Origin: the human T2T-CHM13v2.0 reference genome, Homo sapiens
NCBI RefSeq assembly: GCF_009914755.1
Contig: NC_060936.1
DNA length: 64,000 bases
Strand: one strand, 5' to 3'
Part shown: one piece after another, positions 26,601-38,300 of the stretch
How the letters are laid out: every line of letters begins with the position of its first letter
How positions within the stretch are numbered: the stretch's first letter is position 1
Made by a program: the position numbers and the translations under genes
The notes under the pieces: generated by a model
The model's database searches: none
Told to the model about the DNA's origin: nothing
Seen by the model: only the letters and a program-made list of their open reading frames with translations

Positions 26601-28900
26601 ACTGAGAATTCTTCTGTGTAACATTATAGGAGGAAATCCCGTTTCCAACGAAGGCCTCAAAGAGGTCCAAATATCCACTTGCAGACTTTACAAAGACAGT
26701 GTCTCCAAACTCCTCCATCAAAAGAAAGGTTATCCTCTGTGAATTGAACGCACACATCACAAAGTAGTTTCTGAGAATGATTCTGTGTAGTTTTTATACG
26801 AAGATATTTCCTTTTCTACATTTGGCCTAAAAGCGCTTGAAATCTCCACCTGCAAATATCACAAAAAGAGGGTTTCACATCTGCTCTGTCTAAAGGGCAG
26901 TTCACCTCTGTGAGTTGAATAGAGGCAGCACAAAGAAGTTACTGAGTATTTTTTTTTCTAGCGTTACATGAAGAAATCCCGTTTCCAACGAAGGCCTCAA
27001 AGAGGTCCAAATATCTGCTTGCAGACTTTACAGACAGAGTGTTTCCAAACTACTCTATGAAAAGAAAGCTTAAACTCCTTGAGTTGAACGCACACATCAC
27101 AAAGTAGTTTCTGAGAATGATTCTGTCTTGTTTTTATACGAAGATATTTCCGTTTCTATGATTGGCCTCCAAGCGATTGAAATCTCCAACTGGAAACTGC
27201 ACAAATAGGGTGTTTCAAATCTGCTCTGTCTAAAGGAAGGTTCAACTCTGTGAGTTGAATACACACACCACAAATAAGTTACTGAGAATTCTTCTGTCGA
27301 ACATTACATGAAGAAATCCCGTTTCCAACGAAGGCCTCAAAGAGGTACAAATATCCACTTGCAGACATTGCAAACAGAGTGTTTCCAAACTGCTCCATCA
27401 AAAGAAAGGTTAAACTCTGTGAGCTGAACACACACATCAAAATGAAGTTTCTGTGAATGATTCTGTCTAGACTTTAGAAGAAGATGTTTCCTTTTCTACC
27501 GTAGGCCTCAAAGCGCTTGAAATCTCCAGCTGCAAATTCCACAAAAAGTGTGTTTAACATCTGCTCTTCTAAAGGAAAGTTCAACTCCATGAGTTGAATA
27601 CACACAGCACAAAGAAGTTACTGAGACTTCTCCTATCAAACATTATATGAAGAAATCCCGTTTCCAACGAAGGCCTCAAAGAGGTCCAAATATCCACTTG
27701 CAGACGTGACAAACAGAGTGTTTCCAAACTGCTCCATCCAAAAAAAGGTTAAACTCTGTGAGTTGAACACACACATCACAAAGTAGTTTCTGTGAATGAT
27801 TCTGTCTAGTTTTTATACGAAGATGTTTCCTTTTCTACCTTTGGTCTCAAAGCCATTGAAATCTCCACATGGAAACTCCACAAAAAGAGTGTTTCAAATC
27901 TGCTATTTCTGAAGGAAGGTTCAACTCTGTGAGTTGAATACACACACCACAAATAAGTTACTGAGAATTCTTCGGTGTAACATTATAGGAGGAAATCCCG
28001 TTTCCAACGAAGGCCTCAAAGAGGTCCAAATATCCACTTGCAGACTTTACAAAGACAGTGTCTCCAAACTCCTCCATCAAAAGAAAGGTTATGCTCTGTG
28101 AATTGAACCACACATCACAAAGTAGTTTCTGAGAATGATTCTTTCTAGTTTTTATACGAAGATATTTCCTTTTCTACATTTAGCCTCAAAGCGCTTGAAA
28201 TCTCCACCTGCAAATATCACAAAAAGAGGGTTTCACATCTGCTCTGTCTAAAGGACAGTTCACCTCTGTGAGTTGAATAGAGGCAGCACAAAGAAGTTAC
28301 TGAGTATTCTTCTTTCTAGCGTTACATGAAGAAATCCCGTTTCCAACGAAGGCCTCAAAGAGGTCCAAATATCTGCTTGCAGACTTTACAGACAGAGTGT
28401 TTCCAAACTACTCTATGAAAAGAAAGCTTAAACTCCTTGAGTTGAACGCACACATCACAAAGTAGTTTCTGAGAATGATTCTGTCTTGTTTTTATACGAA
28501 GATATTTCCGTTTCTATGATTGGCCTCCAAGCGAGTAAAATCTCCAACTGGAAACTGCACAAATAGGGTGTTTCAAATCTGCTCTGTCTAAAGGAAGGTT
28601 CAACTCTGTGAGTTGAATACACACACCACAAATAAGTTACTGAGAATTCTTCTGTCGAACATTACATGAAGAAATCCCGTTTCCAACGAAGGCCTCAAAC
28701 AGGTCCAAATATCCACTTGCAGACATTACAAACAGAGTGTTTCCAAACTGCTCCATCAAAAGAAACGTTAAACTCTGTAAGCTGAACACACACATAAAAA
28801 GAAGTTTCTGTGAATGATTCTGTCTAGGCTTTAGAAGAAGATGTTTCCTTTTCTACCGTAGGCCTCAAAGCGCTTGAAATCTCCAGCTGCAAATTCCACA
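20700..28900 (-). repeat. Tandem duplication with a 4077-bp (3-HOR) period
   Basis: tttcgtttt units 20861/24938, ttgttatta 21541/25618, tccgg box 21881/25958, ggtacaaa+cattgc 23240/27317 and aaacaggtcc 24599/28675. Confidence 0.88.
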
Positions 28901-29399
28901 AAAAGGGTGTTTAACATCTGCTCTTCTAAAGGAAAGTTCTACTCCATGAGTTGAATACACACAGCACAAAGAAGTTACTGAGACTTCTCCTATCAAACAT
29001 TATATGAAGAAATCCCGTTTCCAACGAAGGCCTCAAAGAGGTCCAAATATCCACTTGCAGACGTGACAAACAGAGTGTTTCCACACTGCTCCATCCAAAG
29101 AAAGGTTAAACTCTGTGAGTTGAACACACACATCACAAAGTAGTGTCTCTGAATGATTCCGTCTAGTTTTTATACAAAGATGTTTCCTTTTCTACCTTTG
29201 GTCTCAAAGCCATTGAAATCTCCACATGGAAACTCCACAAAAAGAGTGTTTCAAATCTGCTCTTTCTGAAGGAAGGTTCAACTCTGTGAGTTGAATACAC
29301 ACAGTACAAATAAGTTACTGAGAATTCTTCTGTGTAACATTATAGGAGGAAATCCCGTTTCCAACGAAGGCCTCAAAGAGCTCCAAATATCCACTTGCA

Positions 29400-32300
29400 G
29401 ACATTACAAAGACAGTGTCTCCAAACTCCTCCATCAAAAGAAAGTTTATACTCTGTGAATTGAATGCACACATCACAAAGAAGTTTCTGAGAATGATTCT
29501 GTCTAGTTTTTATACGAAGATATTTCCTTTTCTACATTTGGCCTAAAAGCACTTGAAATCTCCTCCTGCAAATATCACAAAAAGAGGGTTTCACATCTGC
29601 TCTGTCTAAAGGACAGTTCACCTCTGTGAGTTGAATAGAGGCAACACAAAGAACTTACTGAGTATTCTTCTTTCTAGCGTTATACGAAGAAATCCCTTTT
29701 CCAAGGAAGGCCTCAAAGAGGTCCAAATATCTGCTTGCAGATTTTACAGACAGAGTGTTTCCAAACTACTCTATGAAAAGAAAGCTTAAATTCCTTGAGT
29801 TGAACGCACACATCGCAAAGTAGTTCCTGAGAATGCTTCTGTCTTGTTTTTATACGAAGATATTTCCGTTTCTATGATTGGCCTCAAAGCGATTGAAATC
29901 TCCAACTGGAAGCTGCACAAATAGGGTGTTTCAAATCTGCTCTGTCTAAAGGAAGGTTCAACTCTGTGAGTTGAATACACACACCACAAATAAGTTACTG
30001 AGAATTCTTCTGTCGAACATTACATGAAGAAATCCCGTTTCGAACGAAGACCTCAAAGAGGTACAAATATCCACTTGCAGACATTACAAACAGAGTGTTT
30101 CCAAACTGCTCCATCAAAAGAAAGGTTAAACTCTGTGAGCTGAACACACACATCAAAAAGAAGTTTCTGTGAATGATTCTGTCTAGATTTTAGAAGAAGA
30201 TGTTTCCTTTTCTACCGTAGGCCTCAAAGCGCTTGAAATCTCCAACTGCAAATTCCACAAAAAGGGTGTTTAACATCTGCTCTTCTGAAGGAAAGTTCAA
30301 CTCTATGAGTTGAATACACACAGCACAAAGAAGTTACTGAGACTTCTCCTATCAAACATTATATGAAGAAATCCCGTTTCCAACGAAGGCCTCAAAGCGG
30401 TCCAAATATCCACTTGCAGACGTGAAAAACAGAGTGCTTCCAAACTGCCCCATCCAAAGAAAGGTTAAACTCTGTGAGTTGAACACACACATCACAAAGT
30501 AGTTTCTGTGAATGATTCTGTCTACTTTTTATAAGAAGATGTTTCCTTTTCTACCTTTGGTCCCAAAGCGATTGAAATCTCCACATGGAAACACCACAAA
30601 AAGAGTGTTTCAAATCTGATCTTTCTGAAAGAACGTTCAACTCTGTGAGTTGAATACACACACCACAAATAAGTTACTGAGAATTCTTCTGTGTAACATT
30701 ATATGAGGAAATCCCGTTTCCAACGAAGGCCTCAAAGAGGTCCAAATATCCACTTGCAGACTTTGCAAAGACAGTGTCTCCAAACTCCTCCGTCAAAAGA
30801 AAGGTTATACTCTGTGAATTGAACGCACACATCACAAAGTAGTTTCTGAGAATGATTCTGTCTAGTTTTTATACGAAGATATTTCCTTTTCTACATTTGG
30901 CCTAAAAGCGCTAGAAATCTCCACCTGCAAATATCACAAAAAGAAGGTTTCACATCTGCTCTGTCTAAAGGACAGTTCACCTCTGTGAGTTGAATAGAGG
31001 CAACACAAAGAACTTACTGAATATTCTTCTTTCTAGCGTTATATGAAGAAATCCCGTTTCCACCGAAGGCCTCAAAGAGGTCCAAATATCTGCTTGCAGA
31101 CTTTAGAGACAGAGTGTTTCCAAACTACTCTATGAAAAGAAAGCTTAAACTCTTTGAGTTGAACGCACACATCGCAAAGTAGTTCCTGAGAATGATTCTG
31201 TCTTGTTTTTATACGAAGATATTTCCGTTTCTATGATTGGCCCCAAAGCGATTGAAATCTCCAACTGGAAGCTGCACAAATAGGGTGTTTCAAATCTGCT
31301 CTGTCTAAAGGAAGGTTCAACTCCGTGAGTTGAACACACACAAGACAAATAAGTTACTGAGAATTCTTCTGTCGAACATTAGAGGAAGAAATCCCGTTTC
31401 CAACGAAGGCCTCAAAGAGGTCCAAATATCCAATTGCAGACATTACAAACAGAGTGTTTCCAAACTGCTCCATCAAAAGAAAGGTTAAACTCTGTGAGCT
31501 GAACACACACATCAAAAAGAAGTTTCTGTGAATGATTCTGTCTAGATTTTAGAAGAAGATGTTTCCTTTTCTACCGTAGGCCTCAAAACGCTTGAAATCT
31601 CCAGCTGCAAATGCCACAAAAAGGGTGTTTAACATCTGCTCTTCTAAAGGAAATTTCAAATCTATGAGTTGAATACACACAGCACAAAGAATTTACTGAG
31701 ACTTCTCCTATCAAACATTATATGAAGAAATCCCGTTTCCAACGAAGGCCTCAAAGAGGTCCAAATATCCACTTGCAGACGTGAAAAACAGAGTGTTTCC
31801 AAACTGCCCCATGAAAGGAAAGTTTAAACTCCTTGAGTTGAACACACACATCACAAAGTAGTTTCTGTGAATGATTCTGTCTACTTTTTATACGAAGATG
31901 TTTCCTTTTCTACCTTTGGTCTCAAAGCGATTGAAATCTCCACATGGAAACTCCACAAAAAGAGTGTTTCAAATCTGCTCTTTCTGAAGGAAGGTTCAAC
32001 TCTGTGAGTTGAATACACACACCACAAATAAGTTACTGAGAATTCTTCTGTGTAACATTATATGAGGAAATCCCGTTTCCAACGAAGGCCTCAAAGAGGT
32101 CCAAATATCCACTTGCAGACTTTACAAAGACAGTGTCTCCAAACTCCTCCGTCAAAAGAAAGGTTATACTCTGTGAATTGAATGCACACATCACAAAGTA
32201 GTTTCTGAGAATGATTCTGTCTAGTTTTTATACGAAGATATTTCCTTTTCTACATTTGGCCTAAAAGCGCTTGAAATCTCCACCTGCAAATATCACAAAA

Positions 32301-35300
32301 AGAGGATTTCACATCTGCTCTGTCTAAAGGACAGTTCACCTCTGTGAGTTGAATAGAGGCAACACAAAGAACTTACTGAGTATTCTTCTTTCTAGCGTTA
32401 TATGAAGAAATCCCGTTTCCAACGAAGGCCTCAAAGAGGTCCAAATATCTGCTTGCAGACTTTACAGACAGAGTGTTTCCAAACTACTCTATGAAAAGAA
32501 AGCTTAAACTCCTTGAGTTGAACGCACACAAAGCAAAGAAGTTTCTGAGAATGATTCTGTCTTGTTTTTATACGAAGATATTTCCGTTTCTATGATTGGC
32601 CTCAAAGCCATTGAAATCTCCAACTGGAAGCTGCACAAATAGGGTGTTTCAAATCTGCTCTGTCTACAGGAAGGTTCAACTCTGTGAGTTGAATACACAC
32701 ACCAAAAATAAGTTACTGAGAATTCTTCTGTCGAACATTACATAAAGAAATCCCGTTTCCAACGAAGGTCTCAAAGAGGTCAAAATATCCACTTGCAGAC
32801 ATTACAAACAGAGTGTTTCCAAACTGCTCCATGAAAAGAAAGGTTAAACTCTGTGAGCTGAACACACACATCAAAAAGAAGTTTCTGTGAATGATTCTGT
32901 CTAGATTTTAGAAGAAGATGTTTCCTTTTGTACCGTAGGCCTCAAAGCGCTTCAAATCTCCAGCTGCAAATTCCACAAAAAAGGGTGTTTAACATCTGCT
33001 CTTCTAAAGGAAAGTTCAACTCTATGAGTTGAATACACACAGCACAAAGAAGTTACTGAGACTTCTCCTATCAAACATTATATGAAGAAATCCCGTTTCC
33101 AATGAATTCCTCAAAGCGGTCCAAATATCCACTTGCAGACGTGAAAAACAGAGTGTTTCCAAACTGCCCCATCAAAAGAAAGTTTAAACTCTGTGAGTTG
33201 AATACACACATCACAAAGTAGTTTCTGTGAATGATTCTGTCTAGTTTTTATACGAAGATGTTTCCTTTTCTACCTTTGGTCTCAAAGCGATTGAAATCTC
33301 CACATGGAAACTCCACAAAAAGAGTGTTTCAAATCTGCTCTTTCTGAAGGAAGGTTCAACTCTGTGAGTTGAATACACACACCACAAATAAGTTACTGAG
33401 AATTCTTCTGTGTAACATTATATGAGGAAATCCCGTTTCCAACGAAGACCTCAAAGAGGTCCAAATATCCACTTGCAGACTTTACAAAGACAGTGTCTCC
33501 AAACTCCTCCATCAAAAGAAAGGTTATACTCTGTGAATTGAACGCACACATCACAAAGTAGTTTCTGAGAATGATTCTGTCTAGTTTTTATACGAAGATA
33601 TTTCCTTTTCTACATTTGGCCTAAAAGCGCTTGAAATGTCCACCTGCAAATATCACAAAAAGAGGGTTTCACATCTGCTGTGTCTAAAGGACAGTTCACC
33701 TCTGTGAGTTGAATAGAGGCAACACAAAGCAGTTACTGAGTATTCTTCTTTGTAGCGTTATATGAAGAAATCCCGTTTCCAACGAAGGCCTCAAAGAGGT
33801 CCAAATATCTGCTTGCAGACTTTACAGACAGAGTTTTTCCAAACTACTCTAGGAAAAGAAAGCTTAAACTCCTTGAGTTGAACGCAAACATCACAAAGTA
33901 GTTTCTGAGAATGATTCTGTCTTGTTTTTATACGAAGATATTTCCGTTTCTATGATTGGCCTAAAAGCGCTTGAAATCTCCAACTGCAAATATCACAAAA
34001 AGAGGGTTTCACATCTGCTCAGTCTAAAGGACAGTTCCCCTCTGTGAGTTGAATAGAGGCAACACAAAGAACTTACTCAGTATTCTTCTTTCTAGCGTTA
34101 TATGAAGAAATCCCGTTTCAAACGAAGGCCTCAAAGAGGTCCAAATATCTGCTTGCAGACTTTACAGACAGAGTGTTTCCAAAGTACTCTATGAAAAGAA
34201 AGCTTAAACTCCTTGAGTTGAACGCACCCATTGCAAAGTAGTTTCTGAGAATGATTCTGTCTTGTTTTTATACGAAGATATTTCCGTTTCTATGATTGGC
34301 CTCAAAGCCATTGAAATCTCCAACTGGAAGCTGCACAAATAGGGTGTTTCCAATCTGCTCTGTCTAAAGGAAGGTACAACTCTGTGAGTTGAACACACAC
34401 ACCACAAATAAGTTACTGAGAATTCTTCTGTCGAACATTACATGAAGAAATCCCGTTTCCAACGAAGGCCTCAAAGAGGTGCAATTATCCACTTGCAGAC
34501 ATTACAAACAGAGTGTTTCCAAACTGCTCCATCAAAAGAATGGTTAAACTCTGTGAGCTGAACACACACATCAAAAAGAAGTTTCTGTGAATGATTCTGT
34601 CTAGATTTTATAGGAAGATGTTTCCTTTTCTACCATAGGCCTCAAAGCGCTTGAAATCTCCATCTGCAAATTCCACAAAAAGGGTGTTTAACATCTGCTC
34701 TTCTAAAGGAAAGTTCAACTCTATGAGTTGAATACACACAGCACAAAGAAGTTACTGAGACTTCTCCTATCAAACATTATATGAAGAAATCCCGTTTCCA
34801 ACGAAGGCCTCAAAGAGGTCCAAATATCCACTTGCAGACTTTACAAAGACAGTGTCTCCAAACTCCTCCATCAAAAGAAAGGTTATACTCTGTGAATTGA
34901 ACGCACATATCACAAAGTAGTTTCTGAGAATGATTCTGTCTGGTTTTTATACGAAGATATTGCCTTTTCTACAATTGGCCTGAAAGTGCTTGAAATGTCC
35001 ACCTGCAAATATCACAAAAAGAGGGTTTCACATCTGCTCTGTCTAAAGGACAGTTCACCTCTGTGAGTTGAATAGAGGCAACACAAAGCAGTTACTGAGT
35101 ATTCTTCTTTGTAGCGTTATATGAAGAAATCCCGTTTCCAAAGAAGGCCTCAAAGAGGTCCAAATATCTGCTTGCAGACTTTACAGACAGAGTTTTTCCA
35201 AACTACTCTAGGAAAAGAAAGCTTAAACTCCTTGAGTTGAACGCAAACATCACAAAGTAGTTTCTGAGAATGATTCTGTCTTGTTTTTATACGAAGATAT

Positions 35301-38300
35301 TTCCGTTTCTATGATTGGCCTAAAAGCGCTTGAAATCTCCAACTGCAAATATCACAAAAAGAGGGTTTCACATCTGCTCAGTCTAAAGGACAGTTCCCCT
35401 CTGTGAGTTGAATAGAGGCAACACAAAGAACTTACTCAGTATTCTTCTTTCTAGCGTTATATGAAGAAATCCCGTTTCAAACGAAGGCCTCAAAGAGGTC
35501 CAAATATCTGCTTGCAGACATTACAGACAGAGTGTTTCCAAAGTACTCTATGAAAAGAAAGCTTAAACTCCTTGAGTTGAACACACCCATTGCAAAGTAG
35601 TTTCTGAGAATGATTCTGTCTTGTTTTTATACGAAGATATTTCCGTTTCTATGATTGGCCTCAAAGCCATTGAAATCTCCAACTGGAAGCTGCACAAATA
35701 GGGTGTTTCCAATCTCCTCTGTCTAAAGGAAGGTACAACTCTGTGAGTTGAACACACACACCACAAATAAGTTACTGAGAATTCTTCTGTCGAACATTAC
35801 ATGAAGAAATCCCGTTTCCAACGAAGGCCTCAAAGAGGTGCAATTATCCACTTGCAGACATTACAAACAGAGTGTTTCCAAACTGCTCCATCAAAAGAAT
35901 GGTTAAACTCTGTGAGCTGAACACACACATCAAAAAGAAGTTTCTGTGAATGATTCTGTCTAGATTTTATAGGAAGATGTTTCCTTTTCTACCATAGGCC
36001 TCAAAGCGCTTGAAATCTCCAGCTGCAAATTCCACAAAAAGGGTGTTTAACATCTGCTCTTCTAAAGGAAAGTTCAACTCTATGAGTTGAATACACACAG
36101 CACAAAGAAGTTACTGAGACTTCTCCTATCAAACATTATATGAAGAAATCCCGTTTCCAACGAAGGCCTCAAAGAGGTCCAAATATCCACTTGCAGACTT
36201 TACAAAGACAGTGTCTCCAAACTCCTCCATCAAAAGAAAGGTTATACTCTGTGAATTGAACGCACACATCACAAAGTAGTTTCTGAGAATGATTCTGTCT
36301 AGTTTTTATACGAAGATATTTCCTTTTCTACATTTGGCCTAAAAGCGCTTCAAATCTCCACCTACAAATATCACAAAAAGAGGGTTTCACATCTGCTCTG
36401 TCTAAAGGACAGTTCACCTCTCTGAGTTGAATAGAGGCAACACAAAGAAGTTACTGAGTATTCTTCTTTCTGGCGTTATATGAAGAAATCCCGTTTCCAA
36501 CGAAGGCCTCAAAGAAGTCCAAATATCTGCTTCCAGACTTTACAGACAGAGTGTTTCCAAACTACTCTATGAAAAGAAAGCTTAAACTCCTTGAGTTCAA
36601 CGCACACATCACAAAGTAGTTTCTGAGAATGATTCTGTCTTGTTTTTATACGAAGATATTTCCGTTTCTATGATTGGCCTCAAAGCCATTGAAATCTCCA
36701 ACTGGAAGCTGCACAAATAGGGTGTTTCAAATCTGCTCTGTCAAAAGGAAGGTTCAACTCTGTGAGTTGAATACACACACCACAAATAAGTTACTGAGAA
36801 TTTTTCTGTCGAACTTTACATGAAGAAATCCCGTTTCCAACGATGGCCTCAAAGAGGTCCAAATATCCACTTGCAGACATTACAAACAGAGTGTTTCCAA
36901 ACTGCTCCATCAAAAGAAAGGTTAAACTCTGTGAGGTGAACACACACATCAAAAAGAAGTTTCTGTGAATGATTCTGTCTGGATTTTGTAAGAAGATGTT
37001 TCCTTTTCTACTGTAGGCCTCAAAGCGCTTGTAATCTCCAGCTGCAAATTCCACAAAAAGGGTGTTTAACATCTGCTCTTCTAAAGGAAATTTCAACTCT
37101 ATGAGTTGAATACACACAGCACAAAGAAGTTACTGAGACTTCTCCTATCAAACATTATATGAAGAAATCCCGTTTCCAACGAAGGCCTCAAAGCAGTCCA
37201 AATATCCACTTGCAGACGTGAAAAACAGAGTGTTTCCAAACTGCCCCATCAAAAGAAAGGTTAAACTCTGTGAGTTGAACACACACATCACAAAGTAGTT
37301 TCTGTGAATGATTCTGTCTAGTTTTTATACGAAGATGTTTCCTTTTCTACCTTTGGTCTCAAAGCGATTGAAATCTCCACATGGAAACTCCACAAAATGA
37401 GTGTTTCAAATCTGCTCTTTCTGAAGGAATGTTCAACTCTGTGAGTTGAATACACACACCACAAATAAGTTGCTGAGAATTCTTCTGTCGAACATTACAT
37501 GAACACATCCCGTTTCCAACGAAGGCCTCAAAGAGGTCCAAATATCCACTTGAAGACTTTACAAAGACAGTGTCTCCAAACTCCTCCATCAAAAGAAAGG
37601 TTATACTCTGTGAATTGAACGCACACATCACAAAGTAGTTTCTGAGAATGATTCTGTCTAGTTTTTATACGAAGATATTTCCTTTTCTACATTTGGCCTA
37701 AAAGCGCTTGAAATCTCCCCCTGCAAATATCACAAAAAGAGGGTTTCACATCTGCTCTGTCTAAATGACAGTTCACCTCTGTGAGTTGAATAGAGGCAAC
37801 ACAAAGAAGTTACTGAGTATTCTTCTTTCTAGCGTTATATGAAGAAATCCCGTTTCCAACGAAGGCCTCAAAGAGGTCCAAATATCTGCTTGCAGACTTT
37901 ACAGACAGAGTGTTTCCAAACTATTCTATGAAAAGAAAGCTTAAACTCCTTGAGTTGAACGCACACAACGCAAAGTAGTTTCTGAGAATGATTCTGTCTT
38001 GTTTTTATACGAAGATATTTCCGTTTCTATGATTGGTCTCAAAGCCATTGAAATCTCCAACAGGAAGCTGCACAAACAGGGTGTTTCAAATCTGCTCTGT
38101 CTAAAGGAAGTTTCAACTCTGTGAGTTGAATACACACACCACAAATAAGTTGCTGAGAATTCTTCTGTCGAACATTACATGAAGAAATCCCGTTTCCAAC
38201 GAAGGCCTCAAAGAGGTCCATATATCCACTTGCAGATATTACAAACTGAGTGTTTCCAAACTGCTCCATCAAAGGAAAGGTTAAACTCTGTGAGCTGAAC

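Larger units (their letters stand above)
1..29400 (-). repeat. Layer 1: homogeneous, recently amplified HOR haplotype
   Basis: Near-fixed markers aggcagcac, ctccatgag, gcctccaagcg, ttataggagg, ttatcctctg and gcgttacatg. Contains multi-kb near-identical duplications. Confidence 0.88.

Noticed and set aside
1-29400. Calling the left layer the kinetochore site (centromere dip region)
   Set aside because: Homogeneity and box density are compatible with this, but kinetochore position is epigenetic and cannot be read from sequence.
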